64,000 bases of DNA from Candidatus Magasanikiibacteriota bacterium (GCA_016189025.1 JACPGS010000029.1:15911-79910), one strand, 5' to 3'; positions 8,957-21,286 are shown, counted from the stretch's first letter. The notes: generated by a model not told the origin, from the letters alone. Made by a program: numbers and translations.

Positions 8957-9673
8957 TTATTTTACGGCGGCGGCTACGGCATCGCGCAGAGCAGCAAAAT
9001 TGCCGGTGTGCCGCACGCCGTTTAAGAAGAAAGTGGGGGTGGCGTTCACGCCGGCGCCCCAGCCGCTCTCCTGGTCGGCGCGGATTTTATCGTCAGCCTC
9101 GGCCGCTTCCAGTTCAGCCGGGAATTTATTCAGGTCCAGCCCGAGGTCGCGGGCGTACCCCAAAAATAGCTCGCGCGCGCCGCCCTGGTCGCTCCATTCG
9201 CGCTGGCGTTCAAACAGCCGGTCGTGCATTTCCCAGAATTTATTCTGTTTGCCCGCGGCTTCGGCGGCGGCGGCGGCCAGTTTAGCTTGTTTGTGCTGCG
9301 GGAGCGGGAAGTGGCGATAAACAAAGCGGACGCGATCGCCAAGCTCGCGCATAATTTCTTGCACCGCCGGGAAAGCGGCCCCGCAAGCCGGGCACTGGAA
9401 GTCGCTGTATTCAATCAGCGTTACCCTGGCTTCGCGGTTGCCCTTAATCCAATCCCGCTCGGTGACAGTGGCCGGCGTGCCGACCGGACCAGCCGGCGCT
9501 TTATTAGTCAGGCGCGAGAGGCCGAAGACTACCAGCGCCAGAATCAAGATACTCCCGCCCCAAATAAGGAAACGACGCCTGGTTTGCGAGCGTCCGGCAC
9601 TGGCTGCCGCGGCGGCCCGTTCCTGCCGGCGCAATTGCCGCCGTTCGCGCTTGGTAAGCATTGGTTGTTCCAT
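8957..9673 (-). CDS. DsbA-family thiol:disulfide oxidoreductase (thioredoxin fold)
   Basis: FQCPAC active site, N-terminal TM anchor, next to VKOR. Confidence 0.8.
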   Translation of the reverse strand: MEQPMLTKRERRQLRRQERAAAAASAGRSQTRRRFLIWGGSILILALVVFGLSRLTNKAPAGPVGTPATVTERDWIKGNREARVTLIEYSDFQCPACGAAFPAVQEIMRELGDRVRFVYRHFPLPQHKQAKLAAAAAEAAGKQNKFWEMHDRLFERQREWSDQGGARELFLGYARDLGLDLNKFPAELEAAEADDKIRADQESGWGAGVNATPTFFLNGVRHTGNFAALRDAVAAAVK

Positions 9674-9694
9674 AAAAGGAGAGATGAATTATTA

Positions 9695-10342
9695 TTAGAT
9701 TTTGGTTAGCTGTTTTACTTCTTGGATAAAGAATCGTTTTACTGCCGGCCAAGAAATTTTGGTAAACATCTTGGGCATTGCTTGGGCGTCAGCTTCGGTA
9801 AAATAGGTGAGCGATTTATACAGATGATAGGGGTCGTAAGATACACCGGAGAATTGTTTCTGCAAAAAATTTAGCAACTGTTTCAAGGCGATTTGTTCTC
9901 GTTGCAAACAAAGATATAAATCGAGGAAATCCTTTTTGGTATTGCGTCCGGTAATCGCGCCGAGCTTCATCAGGGCAATATCGAGGGGGGTGGCCAAACG
10001 AATCCAGCCCCGGAAGCGAACCGGTTGCTGCCGGAGAGGATAGGGGAAAGTAATGAAGCTTACTTTCACGCCCGCCAGGATGCCTTCTACGGTGTTGGCC
10101 TCTTGATTAGTTAATTCAAAACGAGCCGTCTGTTTTAGTTGTTTTAGGAGCGGCGGGGCGGCAATATTTTTCGCGGTAAAAAAGTCCAAGTCCACCGATT
10201 GCCGGTGACCATAGTGCAGGGCGAGCGCCGTGCCGCCGGCCAAATAAAAATGCTGTAGCCAGCGTTTTCTGCTTAATTTGTTTAACAGACTAGCGGTGGC
10301 GGGGGCGAGCGTGCGGGCAAACATAGTTAGGCGATCTGCCAA
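9695..10342 (-). CDS. nucleotidyltransferase AbiEii/AbiGii toxin family protein
   Basis: AGGTALALHYGHRQSVDLDFF, the DUF1814/AbiEii N-terminal motif. Confidence 0.6.
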   Translation of the reverse strand: MADRLTMFARTLAPATASLLNKLSRKRWLQHFYLAGGTALALHYGHRQSVDLDFFTAKNIAAPPLLKQLKQTARFELTNQEANTVEGILAGVKVSFITFPYPLRQQPVRFRGWIRLATPLDIALMKLGAITGRNTKKDFLDLYLCLQREQIALKQLLNFLQKQFSGVSYDPYHLYKSLTYFTEADAQAMPKMFTKISWPAVKRFFIQEVKQLTKI

Positions 10343-10551
10343 AAATTTTTGGTTCGCCGCGAAGTGTTTTTACTGTGAGCGACAATCTGTTTAATGGCCG
10401 AGACGCCATACTGTTTTTTTAGCCACTGCACTGCCCGCCAGTCGCCTTTTTCGGTGAGGCGGGAAATAATAAAAGCGCGGTGTGCCGTTAAGCTAAGCTC
10501 TTGCTGGTCAACATCCCACATAAATTTTTTTACGGGGGCAGGCAGTGTCAT
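10327..10551 (-). CDS. small protein, putative cognate partner/antitoxin of the AbiEii-like gene
   Basis: 74 aa, overlaps the downstream AbiEii-like gene by 16 nt (operon). Confidence 0.4.
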   Translation of the reverse strand: MTLPAPVKKFMWDVDQQELSLTAHRAFIISRLTEKGDWRAVQWLKKQYGVSAIKQIVAHSKNTSRRTKNFWQIA

Positions 10552-10646
10552 ATTTAAGATATTGATACCATTATAACATATTTGATAACTAAATCAAACT
10601 GGGGATCAGGCGTTTAAAAAACGCTAGGGGGGCGGGGTTTTCGGCA

Positions 10647-10694
10647 AAGGGAGTATCAAAAATCCCGCATTGCCGCGGGATTTTTGATACTCCC
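10647..10694. promoter_or_regulatory. 21-bp perfect inverted repeat (agggagtatcaaaaatcccgc / gcgggatttttgatactccct, 6-bp spacer), followed by a second palindrome tgaaccgcgccgggttca
   Basis: Read directly from sequence; lies between the zinc-ribbon gene stop and the AbiEii-like operon start. Confidence 0.5.
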
Positions 10695-10775
10695 TGAACC
10701 GCGCCGGGTTCAGGGATACTCTTTTGTAGCTACCAAAGAGAGGTGCCCCTTTGACGTGTGGGGCGCACGGGAGTG

Positions 10776-11348
10776 CTAGTGGCCGGCGGAAGGCGGAGGG
10801 AGCCGGCGCTGCCGGCGATCGTCCAGCTGGTTGATGCGGCGCAGGAGGCCAATGAGCCAGCGCCAGAAGCGGTGTCGCCAGGAGCGCTGCCGCTTCTTGG
10901 CGAGCCAGGCATCGCGTTGGGCGCGGAACTCTTCCCAGAGACGTTCTTCCATATTGTCTCCGAGATTGAACTCGGCGATGACCTCTTCTCGCTCGCCGCC
11001 GCATTGGCTGCAGAACTTCTCATTCGGGTAGAACCAGGCAGTGAAGGCCGGCATGAAGTATTTGATTCCATCGAAGTATTCGATTCCATGCTCGTTAAAC
11101 CAGTCTGCCTGGAAGCATGACTTTTCGTGATTGTCGTTATACTTATGCTCAGAGCTACTATTCGTGTACACCCACTGCTCGAAACAGGCCTGGCAGTAGG
11201 GCGGGTAGAATCGCCGGAATTCATGACCGCACTCCGGGCATGCCCGCTCGCTATCCCCTTTCTCGCGCTTGCAGCCCGCACAATAGTCGTGAAAGGTGGT
11301 GTACTTCTGTTCGTCGAGCGTGTAATTCCAGTATTGCAGCCTTCCCAT
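10776..11348 (-). CDS. hypothetical double zinc-ribbon protein (four CxxC motifs)
   Basis: 190 aa with CAGC…CPEC and CQAC…CSQC; balanced composition, unlike the overlapping S/A/R-rich frames. Confidence 0.45.
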   Translation of the reverse strand: MGRLQYWNYTLDEQKYTTFHDYCAGCKREKGDSERACPECGHEFRRFYPPYCQACFEQWVYTNSSSEHKYNDNHEKSCFQADWFNEHGIEYFDGIKYFMPAFTAWFYPNEKFCSQCGGEREEVIAEFNLGDNMEERLWEEFRAQRDAWLAKKRQRSWRHRFWRWLIGLLRRINQLDDRRQRRLPPPSAGH

Positions 11349-11350
11349 GA

Positions 11351-11599
11351 TTACCTCCTTTTTTTCTTGTTTCGCCTTGGCTTCAAGCCGCCACGAAACA
11401 CTGACATTCCGTCGCCCCAGCCACCGCCGCCCACAAAAGGAGAGGCCAAGCCGCAGTCGAGGTCGGGGTGATTCATTTCCGTTTTGACAACGAGGTGCCG
11501 CCCGTTGCGTCCAGCCGGCGCTGTGGTGATCGTGACGATCACTTGCCCATTTTCAAATGGGATGGTGTTTTTTTTCTCCACCGGCAAACTCCTTTTCAA
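11351..11599 (-). CDS. hypothetical protein
   Basis: 82 aa, ends 3 nt before the next gene start (operon). Confidence 0.3.
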   Translation of the reverse strand: MKRSLPVEKKNTIPFENGQVIVTITTAPAGRNGRHLVVKTEMNHPDLDCGLASPFVGGGGWGDGMSVFRGGLKPRRNKKKRR

Positions 11600-11723
11600 A
11601 GAACCATGTTCTCCAACCGGCCCATTCCGATTGTTGAACAGAGTAGTATATCAGCTTTTGGCTAATTTGTCAATATTCTTGTCTATTTTTGACAATTAAA
11701 ATGTCTATAAAATATATTTATGC

Positions 11724-11752
11724 TTGACACAGATAAAAATTGATGCTATAAT
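11724..11752 (+). promoter_or_regulatory. sigma70-like promoter (TTGACA-17-TATAAT) for the TrmB-family regulator
   Basis: Perfect consensus hexamers with 17-nt spacing; the surrounding region carries repeated ATGTCTAT/ATAGACAT motifs. Confidence 0.5.
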
Positions 11753-11775
11753 ATAGACATAAAAATTGTCTATTT

Positions 11776-12534
11776 ATGAAACTTGACCAATTCTTATCGC
11801 ACATTGGCTTCAAAAATAATGAAGCCACAGTGTATCTTGCCACCCTGGAGAGAGGACCAATTTCACCGCCCCAGTTAGCGCGGGAAACCGGCCTGCCGCG
11901 TACCACGGTAAATTTGATTTTACGGCATTTAGTAGAGCGCGGCGTGGTGGGGAAAACGACCGTAAAAAAACGTGTCCGCTATCTTGCCGAACCGCCTGAT
12001 ACGTTGGTGAACAATCTCAAATCATTGATAAAATATGGAGAGGGATTGCTGCCGGAACTGGAGGCGCGTTACAACAAAAATGAGCGCAAGCCCCGCATTG
12101 TTTTTTACGAAGGTGAGACGGCGGTCCAAAAAGTATATGATGATACGCTCTTGGTGAAGCCGCCAGAAATTTTAGAATGGAACACGGATGCATATTTTGA
12201 TTTTGATCAGCACAAGGTAGACCCACATTATATTGATAAGCGAGTTAAGCTCGGCATTAAAGCCAAGCGTATCGCGGGCGCCGGCTCGCGCTGGCAAACT
12301 AAACATCAGCGCTATGACGCGGGTGAACTCGCTGAAACATTGATTGTTCCCAAAAATATCTTTTGGCCGGAGGTAGAAGTAAATGTTTATGGCAGTAAAG
12401 TTGCGTTTCTGAATTATGCCGAAGAGATGTCGCTGATTGTAGAAAGCAAAGCCATTGCCGACGCTATGCGGCAGGCCTATCAGTTAAGCTGGATCGGGGC
12501 GAAGAGTTTGGAGGTGAAGGACGAGGTTAATTAA
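11776..12534 (+). CDS. TrmB-family transcriptional regulator
   Basis: 252 aa, N-terminal winged HTH of TrmB type (…ATVYLATLERGPISPPQLARETGLPRTTVNLILRHLVERGVV…). Confidence 0.55.
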   Translation: MKLDQFLSHIGFKNNEATVYLATLERGPISPPQLARETGLPRTTVNLILRHLVERGVVGKTTVKKRVRYLAEPPDTLVNNLKSLIKYGEGLLPELEARYNKNERKPRIVFYEGETAVQKVYDDTLLVKPPEILEWNTDAYFDFDQHKVDPHYIDKRVKLGIKAKRIAGAGSRWQTKHQRYDAGELAETLIVPKNIFWPEVEVNVYGSKVAFLNYAEEMSLIVESKAIADAMRQAYQLSWIGAKSLEVKDEVN

Positions 12535-12622
12535 TTGAATATCCCAGCCAGCTTGTTAAGCGTAAGTTCATTGGAAAAACAAAAACCCCGACTGAATCGG
12601 AGTTTTTGTTTGGTCAAGCTAA

Positions 12623-12850
12623 TCAAGGCGCGGTAGCCAAGGCACCCAAGTGTTGTACCGAAAACTGGAACAAGTCAGCCGGTTTTAGACGTCGGGAAAC
12701 TTCAAGAATTTCAATGCCGATCACTTGTCGTCGTTTGTTCAAATCTAAAATTACACCAGTTTCTACTTCACGGCTTTTCCATACTTTTTCGCGACGGGTT
12801 TGCAAATGCAGGTACACTGCATCAGCTTCTCGGTCGTATTCTATCTTCAT
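12623..12850 (-). CDS. DUF2283 domain protein (putative antitoxin)
   Basis: MKIEYDREADAVYLHL… signature; paired with DUF4258. Confidence 0.6.
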   Translation of the reverse strand: MKIEYDREADAVYLHLQTRREKVWKSREVETGVILDLNKRRQVIGIEILEVSRRLKPADLFQFSVQHLGALATAP

Positions 12851-12865
12851 ATATTTAATGACCAG

Positions 12866-13087
12866 CTAATTATTCCTATCTGCCACTGATATTACCACAT
12901 ACCGGCCCGCCTCGACAACTAGAGTAACCCGTATATACTGTTTCCCCCAATGACGATAATGGTGGTAGCGATCTGGGCCGATAATCTCTCGTCGTTCTGG
13001 GAGATGTATTGTTTCTATTACATTTGTTTGCGGTATCCCCCGCCAGCGCATTCTATTTTTGGCATGGCGAGTGAAATAGATTTTCAT
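12866..13087 (-). CDS. DUF4258 domain protein (putative toxin)
   Basis: MKIYFTRHAKNRMRWRGI… signature. Confidence 0.6.
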   Translation of the reverse strand: MKIYFTRHAKNRMRWRGIPQTNVIETIHLPERREIIGPDRYHHYRHWGKQYIRVTLVVEAGRYVVISVADRNN

Positions 13088-13089
13088 AA

Positions 13090-14169
13090 TTATTCCGCCA
13101 GGGCGGGAGCCGGCGCTTCGGAAAGCGCCGCGGCCGGGGCTTCTTCCTCGGGCGGCTCGCCCCGCTCAATCACCTCCCACACCCGGTCGCGGATGGCATT
13201 CATCAATTTAGGATTTTCTTTCAGGAAGCGTTTGGCGGTTTCGCGGCCGACCCCCAGTTTTTCTTCGCCAGATAAATAGGAATTGCCTTTTTTCTCCACT
13301 ACCCGGTAGACCACCGCCGTATCCAGCAGGTCGCCGGCGAGGGAGATGCCCTCGTTATACATAATGTCAAATTCGGTGGTGCGGAAAGGCGCCGCCACCT
13401 TGTTTTTAACTACCTTTACTTTTACCCGATTGCCGATGATTTTATCGCCTTGTTTAATTTGGGCGGCGCGGCGGATTTCCAGGCGCACCGACGAGTAGAA
13501 TTTAAGGGCCACGCCGCCGGGAGTGGTTTCCGGATTGCCGAAGACGATGCCGATCTTCATGCGGGTCTGGTTGATGAAGATGACGATAGTTTTGCTTTTG
13601 CTGACGATGGCGGTAAGCTTGCGCAGAGCCTGGCTCATCAGGCGCGCCTGGAGCCCCATATGCTGCTGGCCCATCTCGCCTTCAATTTCCGCTTTGGGCA
13701 CCAGCGCCGCCACGGAATCTATCACAATTATGTCCACCGCATTGGAGCGCACCAGGGTTTCCACAATTTCCAGCGCCTGCTCGCCGGTGTCGGGCTGGGA
13801 GATTAGCAATTCATCTACTTTTACGCCAATGCGGCGCGCGTAATCCGGGTCGAGCGCGTGTTCCGCGTCCACAAAGGCCGCCAGACCGCCCCCGCGCTGC
13901 ACCTCGGCCACAATATGCTGGGCGAGGGTGGTTTTGCCGCTCGCTTCCGGGCCGTAAATTTCAATAATCCGGCCGCGCGGCACGCCGCGCACCCCCAGGG
14001 CAATGTCTACCGACAGACACCCGGTGGAAACCGTTTCCACCTGCATTCGTTTGGCCTCGCCAAACTTCATAATGGCGCCCTCGCCGAACCGGCTGCGGAT
14101 TTGCTCGATGGCGCTTTCCGCGGCCTTGAATTTTTCCCCGACTGCCTCCTTTAATCCTGGTTTTGCCAT
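13090..14169 (-). CDS. recA: recombinase RecA
   Basis: [10 protein letters not shown] Walker A, full-length RecA similarity. Confidence 0.97.
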   Translation of the reverse strand: MAKPGLKEAVGEKFKAAESAIEQIRSRFGEGAIMKFGEAKRMQVETVSTGCLSVDIALGVRGVPRGRIIEIYGPEASGKTTLAQHIVAEVQRGGGLAAFVDAEHALDPDYARRIGVKVDELLISQPDTGEQALEIVETLVRSNAVDIIVIDSVAALVPKAEIEGEMGQQHMGLQARLMSQALRKLTAIVSKSKTIVIFINQTRMKIGIVFGNPETTPGGVALKFYSSVRLEIRRAAQIKQGDKIIGNRVKVKVVKNKVAAPFRTTEFDIMYNEGISLAGDLLDTAVVYRVVEKKGNSYLSGEEKLGVGRETAKRFLKENPKLMNAIRDRVWEVIERGEPPEEEAPAAALSEAPAPALAE

Positions 14170-14216
14170 ATTCAGGCAGTTAATTAATACGCGTTCCCCG
14201 TCCGCGGGTTAGTAAA

Positions 14217-14894
14217 TTAGTAAGCAGGTTTGCCAGGCCGGACAATGATATGGCGAACAACCGTAGTAGCCGCCCCGTGTTTGCGGCTCGCGGCTACGGT
14301 GACGGTATTTAGGCCCGGGGTCGCTGTCAGCGCAGACTCAAAAGTGCCTTGTTCGGTAACCACCGTAGCCTGCCCGTTGATGGTGAGTTTGGCTTCCGGT
14401 TCAGTTTTGCCCTGCACCAACAGGGTGCCCGGGGAAACCACTTCTCCCTCGCGCGGGGCAAAGAGGTTTAGCATCGGCGGCGCGATGGTGCTCTGCACCT
14501 GTTTGGTAAGAAAGAACAGAAACAAGGCAATGATACTGAAGATCGCAGCCCAGCGCAATAAGTGCCCCCAGGAAGCGAATCGAGAGAAATGGACGGGCCG
14601 GAACGGATGAACCGCAGTACTTTCCCCGGCGGCTAAACGCGACAGTTCCCACACGCATAGTCCGGCATCTAGCCCTAGGAATTCGGCGTAGCTGCGCAAA
14701 TAGGCGGCGCGGAATCCCCAGGAGCGCGGGAGTTCGGCGTAGCGTCCGGCCTCCAGGGCCGCCAGGTATTTGGCCGGTACCCGCGCCGCCACCGACGCGG
14801 CGGCGAGCGATAAAGACGCCGCTTCCCGGGCGGCGCGCAGACGCTCGGACAAGAGGGTGGGTTGGGGCAGCGCGGTGCGGCAGAGAACGGCCAT
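14217..14894 (-). CDS. helix-turn-helix (RodZ-like) membrane protein
   Basis: N-terminal XRE/RodZ-type HTH, one TM segment, C-terminal domain. Confidence 0.45.
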   Translation of the reverse strand: MAVLCRTALPQPTLLSERLRAAREAASLSLAAASVAARVPAKYLAALEAGRYAELPRSWGFRAAYLRSYAEFLGLDAGLCVWELSRLAAGESTAVHPFRPVHFSRFASWGHLLRWAAIFSIIALFLFFLTKQVQSTIAPPMLNLFAPREGEVVSPGTLLVQGKTEPEAKLTINGQATVVTEQGTFESALTATPGLNTVTVAASRKHGAATTVVRHIIVRPGKPAY

Positions 14895-14918
14895 ATTTTT
14901 TGTTTGGCGTGATTTAAT

Positions 14919-17213
14919 TTACGGCTCTTTTTCTTCCCTCGGTTCTGCCTCTTCCTGCGCTGTTTCGTCAAACACCGAACCGCCGGCGTCTAAGGTATCT
15001 GGCCCCTCGGCCAAAGCATCGGGTACGGCATCCGCTGCCGCTTCAGCGCCCATCAGCACTTCGCGCGGTTTAGCGCCATCAGCCGGCCCTACTATACCAG
15101 CTTCTTCCAGTTCGTCAAGCAGGCGGGCGGCTCGGGCATAGCCCACTTTCAGCCGGCGCTGCAAAAGCGAGGCCGAGGCCTTGCCCGATTCAGTAATCAC
15201 CTGCCGGGCATCATTAAACAGCGGATCCTGGTCATCGCTTAACCCGCCGAACAGGTTAAGCGTGCCACTGCTGCCCCCCGGGAGGCGCTGGGTAATGGCG
15301 TCATCATAAACCGGCGCCGCATCGCCCCGCAGATGTTCTACCACCGCCTTCATTTCGCTCTCGACCACAAAAGCGCCCTGGAGGCGTTTGGGTTTGGATA
15401 GTTCGGCTGTTAATAGCAATAAATCTCCGCGCCCTAGTAATTTTTCCGCTCCCGGCGTATCCAGAATGGTGCGCGAGTCAATTAGGGAAGCGACCGAAAA
15501 GGCGATGCGCGCCGGGATGTTGGCTTTCATTAGGCCGGTAATTACCTCTACGCTGGGTCGCTGGGTGGCTACCACCAGGTGAAGCCCGACGGCCCGCGCC
15601 ATCTGGGCCAGACGAATGATGCCGGCTTCCACTTCGGCCGGTGCCGCGGCCATCAGGTCGGCTAATTCATCCACTACAATTACAATATAGGGGAGCGGCG
15701 CGGCGGCGGTGCGGTTGTACGAAGCAAGATCGCGCGTGTGCGACTCGGCGAGTATGGTAAAGCGCCGCTCCATTTCGTTAATTGCCCAGCGCAGAGCATT
15801 GACGGTTTTGGTAGCGTCGGTTACGACCGGCGTCAACAGATGCGGAATGCCGTTATACAGAGTCAATTCCACCCGTTTGGGGTCAATCATTAAAAAGCGC
15901 AGAGTATCCGGCGTATGCTGGAATAGCAAAGAAAGGATAACCGCATTCAGGCAGACGGTTTTGCCCGATCCGGTGGCGCCAGCCACCAACAGGTGAGGCA
16001 AAGCTGCCAGATCCAGGCACCAGACCCGGCCGGCCACATCTTTACCCAAAGCCACGGTCAGTTCGCCGCGCCGCTCGCGGTATTCTTTGCTTTCCAAAAG
16101 TTCGCGCAGGGTTACCAGCGCTACCCGTTCATTGGGCACTTCCACCCCTACCAGGGGTTGGCCCGGGATCGGCGCTTCCATGCGGATAGGGTGAGCGGCC
16201 AGCGCCAGCGCCAGGTCATTGGTCAGGCCGGTTAGGCGCGAGAGCTTGACGCCTTTGGCAGGCTTTAAGGAATATTGGGTTACCGTGGGTCCCACTCGCA
16301 CCTCGCCCATCTCCACGTCAATGCCGAAGTGGTGAAAAGTTTCGCGGATAATTTCCGCGTTGGCTTTAATGTCGCCGGCGGTGGGTTTGCCGACGCCTTT
16401 GGTTAAGAGGGATAAAGGCGGCAGGCGATAAGACCGCCGCGGGAGCGATACGGTAGTGAGAGTTGGCGCCGCTTCCCCTGGCGCCGCGGTGGCGGGCGCT
16501 GTTGTTGCGGCGGCGGTCTCCGGCACCTCGGCGTCTTCCAGGGGGCGGCGGCGGAAGCGGCGAGCCTCTGACGCAGTTTCTTCTTCCCCGTCAGGTTCGG
16601 GCGGCAGTCGTTCGGAATAGCGACTCCAGTCAGATTCTTGCCGGGGGCGGCCAGCAGTCAGGCGCGACACTAAATTGGCAAGCGCCGACCAGGCCGCCCG
16701 CCCGGCGATACGGAGCGCCGGCCAAAAATTAGGCGAGCCGGAAAAGAAAATTAACAATCCGGCGACGAGCAGCGCCGCCAAAATAATTACAGCGCCCCAC
16801 AGTTCCAGAAATCCGGTGAGCAGCCAGGCCGTAAGGAGCCCCAGGAAGCCGCCCCCGGCGCGCCCTTCGCTAGCCGCCGCTAACATGAGGGTGCGGGCGT
16901 TTTGCAGGTGGAGCAGCCCGGCGGCGCCAGTGGCGAGCAAGATGATGCCAAGCAGCTGATGCCGGTTGCCGGAGGGCCGGCGGCGCACCAGGCGCCAGGC
17001 CGATACCAAAAGCAGTACCGGTACGGCATAGCGCAGCTCGCCCAGGCCAAGCGTCAAAAGCGCCGTTAAAAATTCGCCGGCCAGACCGGCGCGCTGATAA
17101 AAACCCAGCAGGGTAATAATGCCGGCGATAACCAGAAACAAGGCCAGCAGATTATTGCCGGTTTCCGGACGGCGCGCGGGGGCCGGAGTACGGGAGCGGG
17201 CAGGGCGGTACAT
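14919..17213 (-). CDS. ftsK: DNA translocase FtsK/SpoIIIE
   Basis: 764 aa; N-terminal TM segments, linker, GATGSGKTV Walker A motor domain, C-terminal gamma wHTH. Confidence 0.9.
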   Translation of the reverse strand: MYRPARSRTPAPARRPETGNNLLALFLVIAGIITLLGFYQRAGLAGEFLTALLTLGLGELRYAVPVLLLVSAWRLVRRRPSGNRHQLLGIILLATGAAGLLHLQNARTLMLAAASEGRAGGGFLGLLTAWLLTGFLELWGAVIILAALLVAGLLIFFSGSPNFWPALRIAGRAAWSALANLVSRLTAGRPRQESDWSRYSERLPPEPDGEEETASEARRFRRRPLEDAEVPETAAATTAPATAAPGEAAPTLTTVSLPRRSYRLPPLSLLTKGVGKPTAGDIKANAEIIRETFHHFGIDVEMGEVRVGPTVTQYSLKPAKGVKLSRLTGLTNDLALALAAHPIRMEAPIPGQPLVGVEVPNERVALVTLRELLESKEYRERRGELTVALGKDVAGRVWCLDLAALPHLLVAGATGSGKTVCLNAVILSLLFQHTPDTLRFLMIDPKRVELTLYNGIPHLLTPVVTDATKTVNALRWAINEMERRFTILAESHTRDLASYNRTAAAPLPYIVIVVDELADLMAAAPAEVEAGIIRLAQMARAVGLHLVVATQRPSVEVITGLMKANIPARIAFSVASLIDSRTILDTPGAEKLLGRGDLLLLTAELSKPKRLQGAFVVESEMKAVVEHLRGDAAPVYDDAITQRLPGGSSGTLNLFGGLSDDQDPLFNDARQVITESGKASASLLQRRLKVGYARAARLLDELEEAGIVGPADGAKPREVLMGAEAAADAVPDALAEGPDTLDAGGSVFDETAQEEAEPREEKEP

Positions 17214-17283
17214 ACTTACTTACGGTAGTATAGCACAGTCAAACGCTCCGCGCCTCAGAACCACGCGCCCGAGAGTTTGTCTA

Positions 17284-17310
17284 AAAAAATTCCCCGGCCA
17301 AACCGGGGGA
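17284..17310 (-). terminator. terminator-like hairpin followed by a U-run on the minus strand, upstream of ftsK
   Basis: aaaaaaa-tccccgg-ccaaa-ccggggga read on plus; on the minus strand this is a hairpin followed by a T7 run. Confidence 0.35.
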
Positions 17311-17567
17311 ACCAACCAAAGTTATTCTTCTTTCACTGCGAGAAGAGCTGGATGTTGCAAAAGCGCGGAGCGAATTTAGAAAACGGTGCCGGTCGTCGCT
17401 TCAAGCGGCGTGTCCGACAGGAGAGAGTATTGTTTTTAGATTCGCTCCGGTAGAAACATCAACTCTTTCGCAGCGAAAGAGCAGCAACCTTGCTGGCCAG
17501 AGCCATTGTAGAAAGGGGCGAAACATTTGTCAAGTGTATTTGTGCATAACTATCGGTCGGGTTTTCT

Positions 17568-17656
17568 GTGGATAACTTTATCAGATTTAACCTGGGACGA
17601 TTTTTTTTATTTTAACCCAGCCATTTTTCGGCAATTTCCGCAGGCAGTTATCCACC
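17568..17656. promoter_or_regulatory. DnaA-box motifs (TGTGGATAA perfect 9-mer at 17568-17576; TTATCCACC at 17648-17656) flanking an AT-rich tract
   Basis: Exact match to the DnaA box consensus; AT-rich gattttttttattttaac between them. Confidence 0.4.
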
Positions 17657-17665
17657 GCTTTACAT

Positions 17666-17694
17666 TTGACAAATTTTTGGCTTTCCGGTAAAAT
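17666..17694 (+). promoter_or_regulatory. sigma70-like promoter (TTGACA-17-TAAAAT) for rpoB, with a leader of about 230 nt
   Basis: Hexamers and spacing read from sequence. Confidence 0.45.
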
Positions 17695-17926
17695 GGCGCT
17701 ACTTTAATTCAGCTTCTCTCTGGCGTTAGCACTGCCGCAAGCGGAAAACCCTTCCCCGGTCGGCGGTCAATGCAGAGCGCGCTGGCAAAGAGGACGCGGC
17801 GTAACTCACTTTCCATGATGTTAACGTCACCGCCTAACCTCGGCGTGGACCGGCGTACGAAATAGGTTGCGATCAACACTCTTTATCTGACAGAGCGTTT
17901 TTTGTTGTTGTGTTAAATTTATTTTT

Positions 17927-21244
<3,318 letters not shown>

Positions 21245-21286
21245 AAAAAGAGGGTGACCCCACAAAGTAAATAAGCTCGATTTTTT

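Noticed and set aside
10730-11281. Alternative overlapping ORFs (10730..11281 minus, 10758..11120 plus, 10624..11004 minus) in the zinc-ribbon gene region
   Set aside because: S/A/R-rich low-complexity translations; the 10776..11348 frame has balanced composition and CxxC motifs.
17320-17560. Search for 6S, RNase P, tmRNA or SRP RNA signatures in the long ftsK-rpoB intergenic region
   Set aside because: None of the conserved sequence motifs of these RNAs (e.g. GGAAGCAGCC, AAAGTCCGG, GGGGCTGATTCTGGATTCGACGGG) are present; cannot be excluded without covariance-model scanning.
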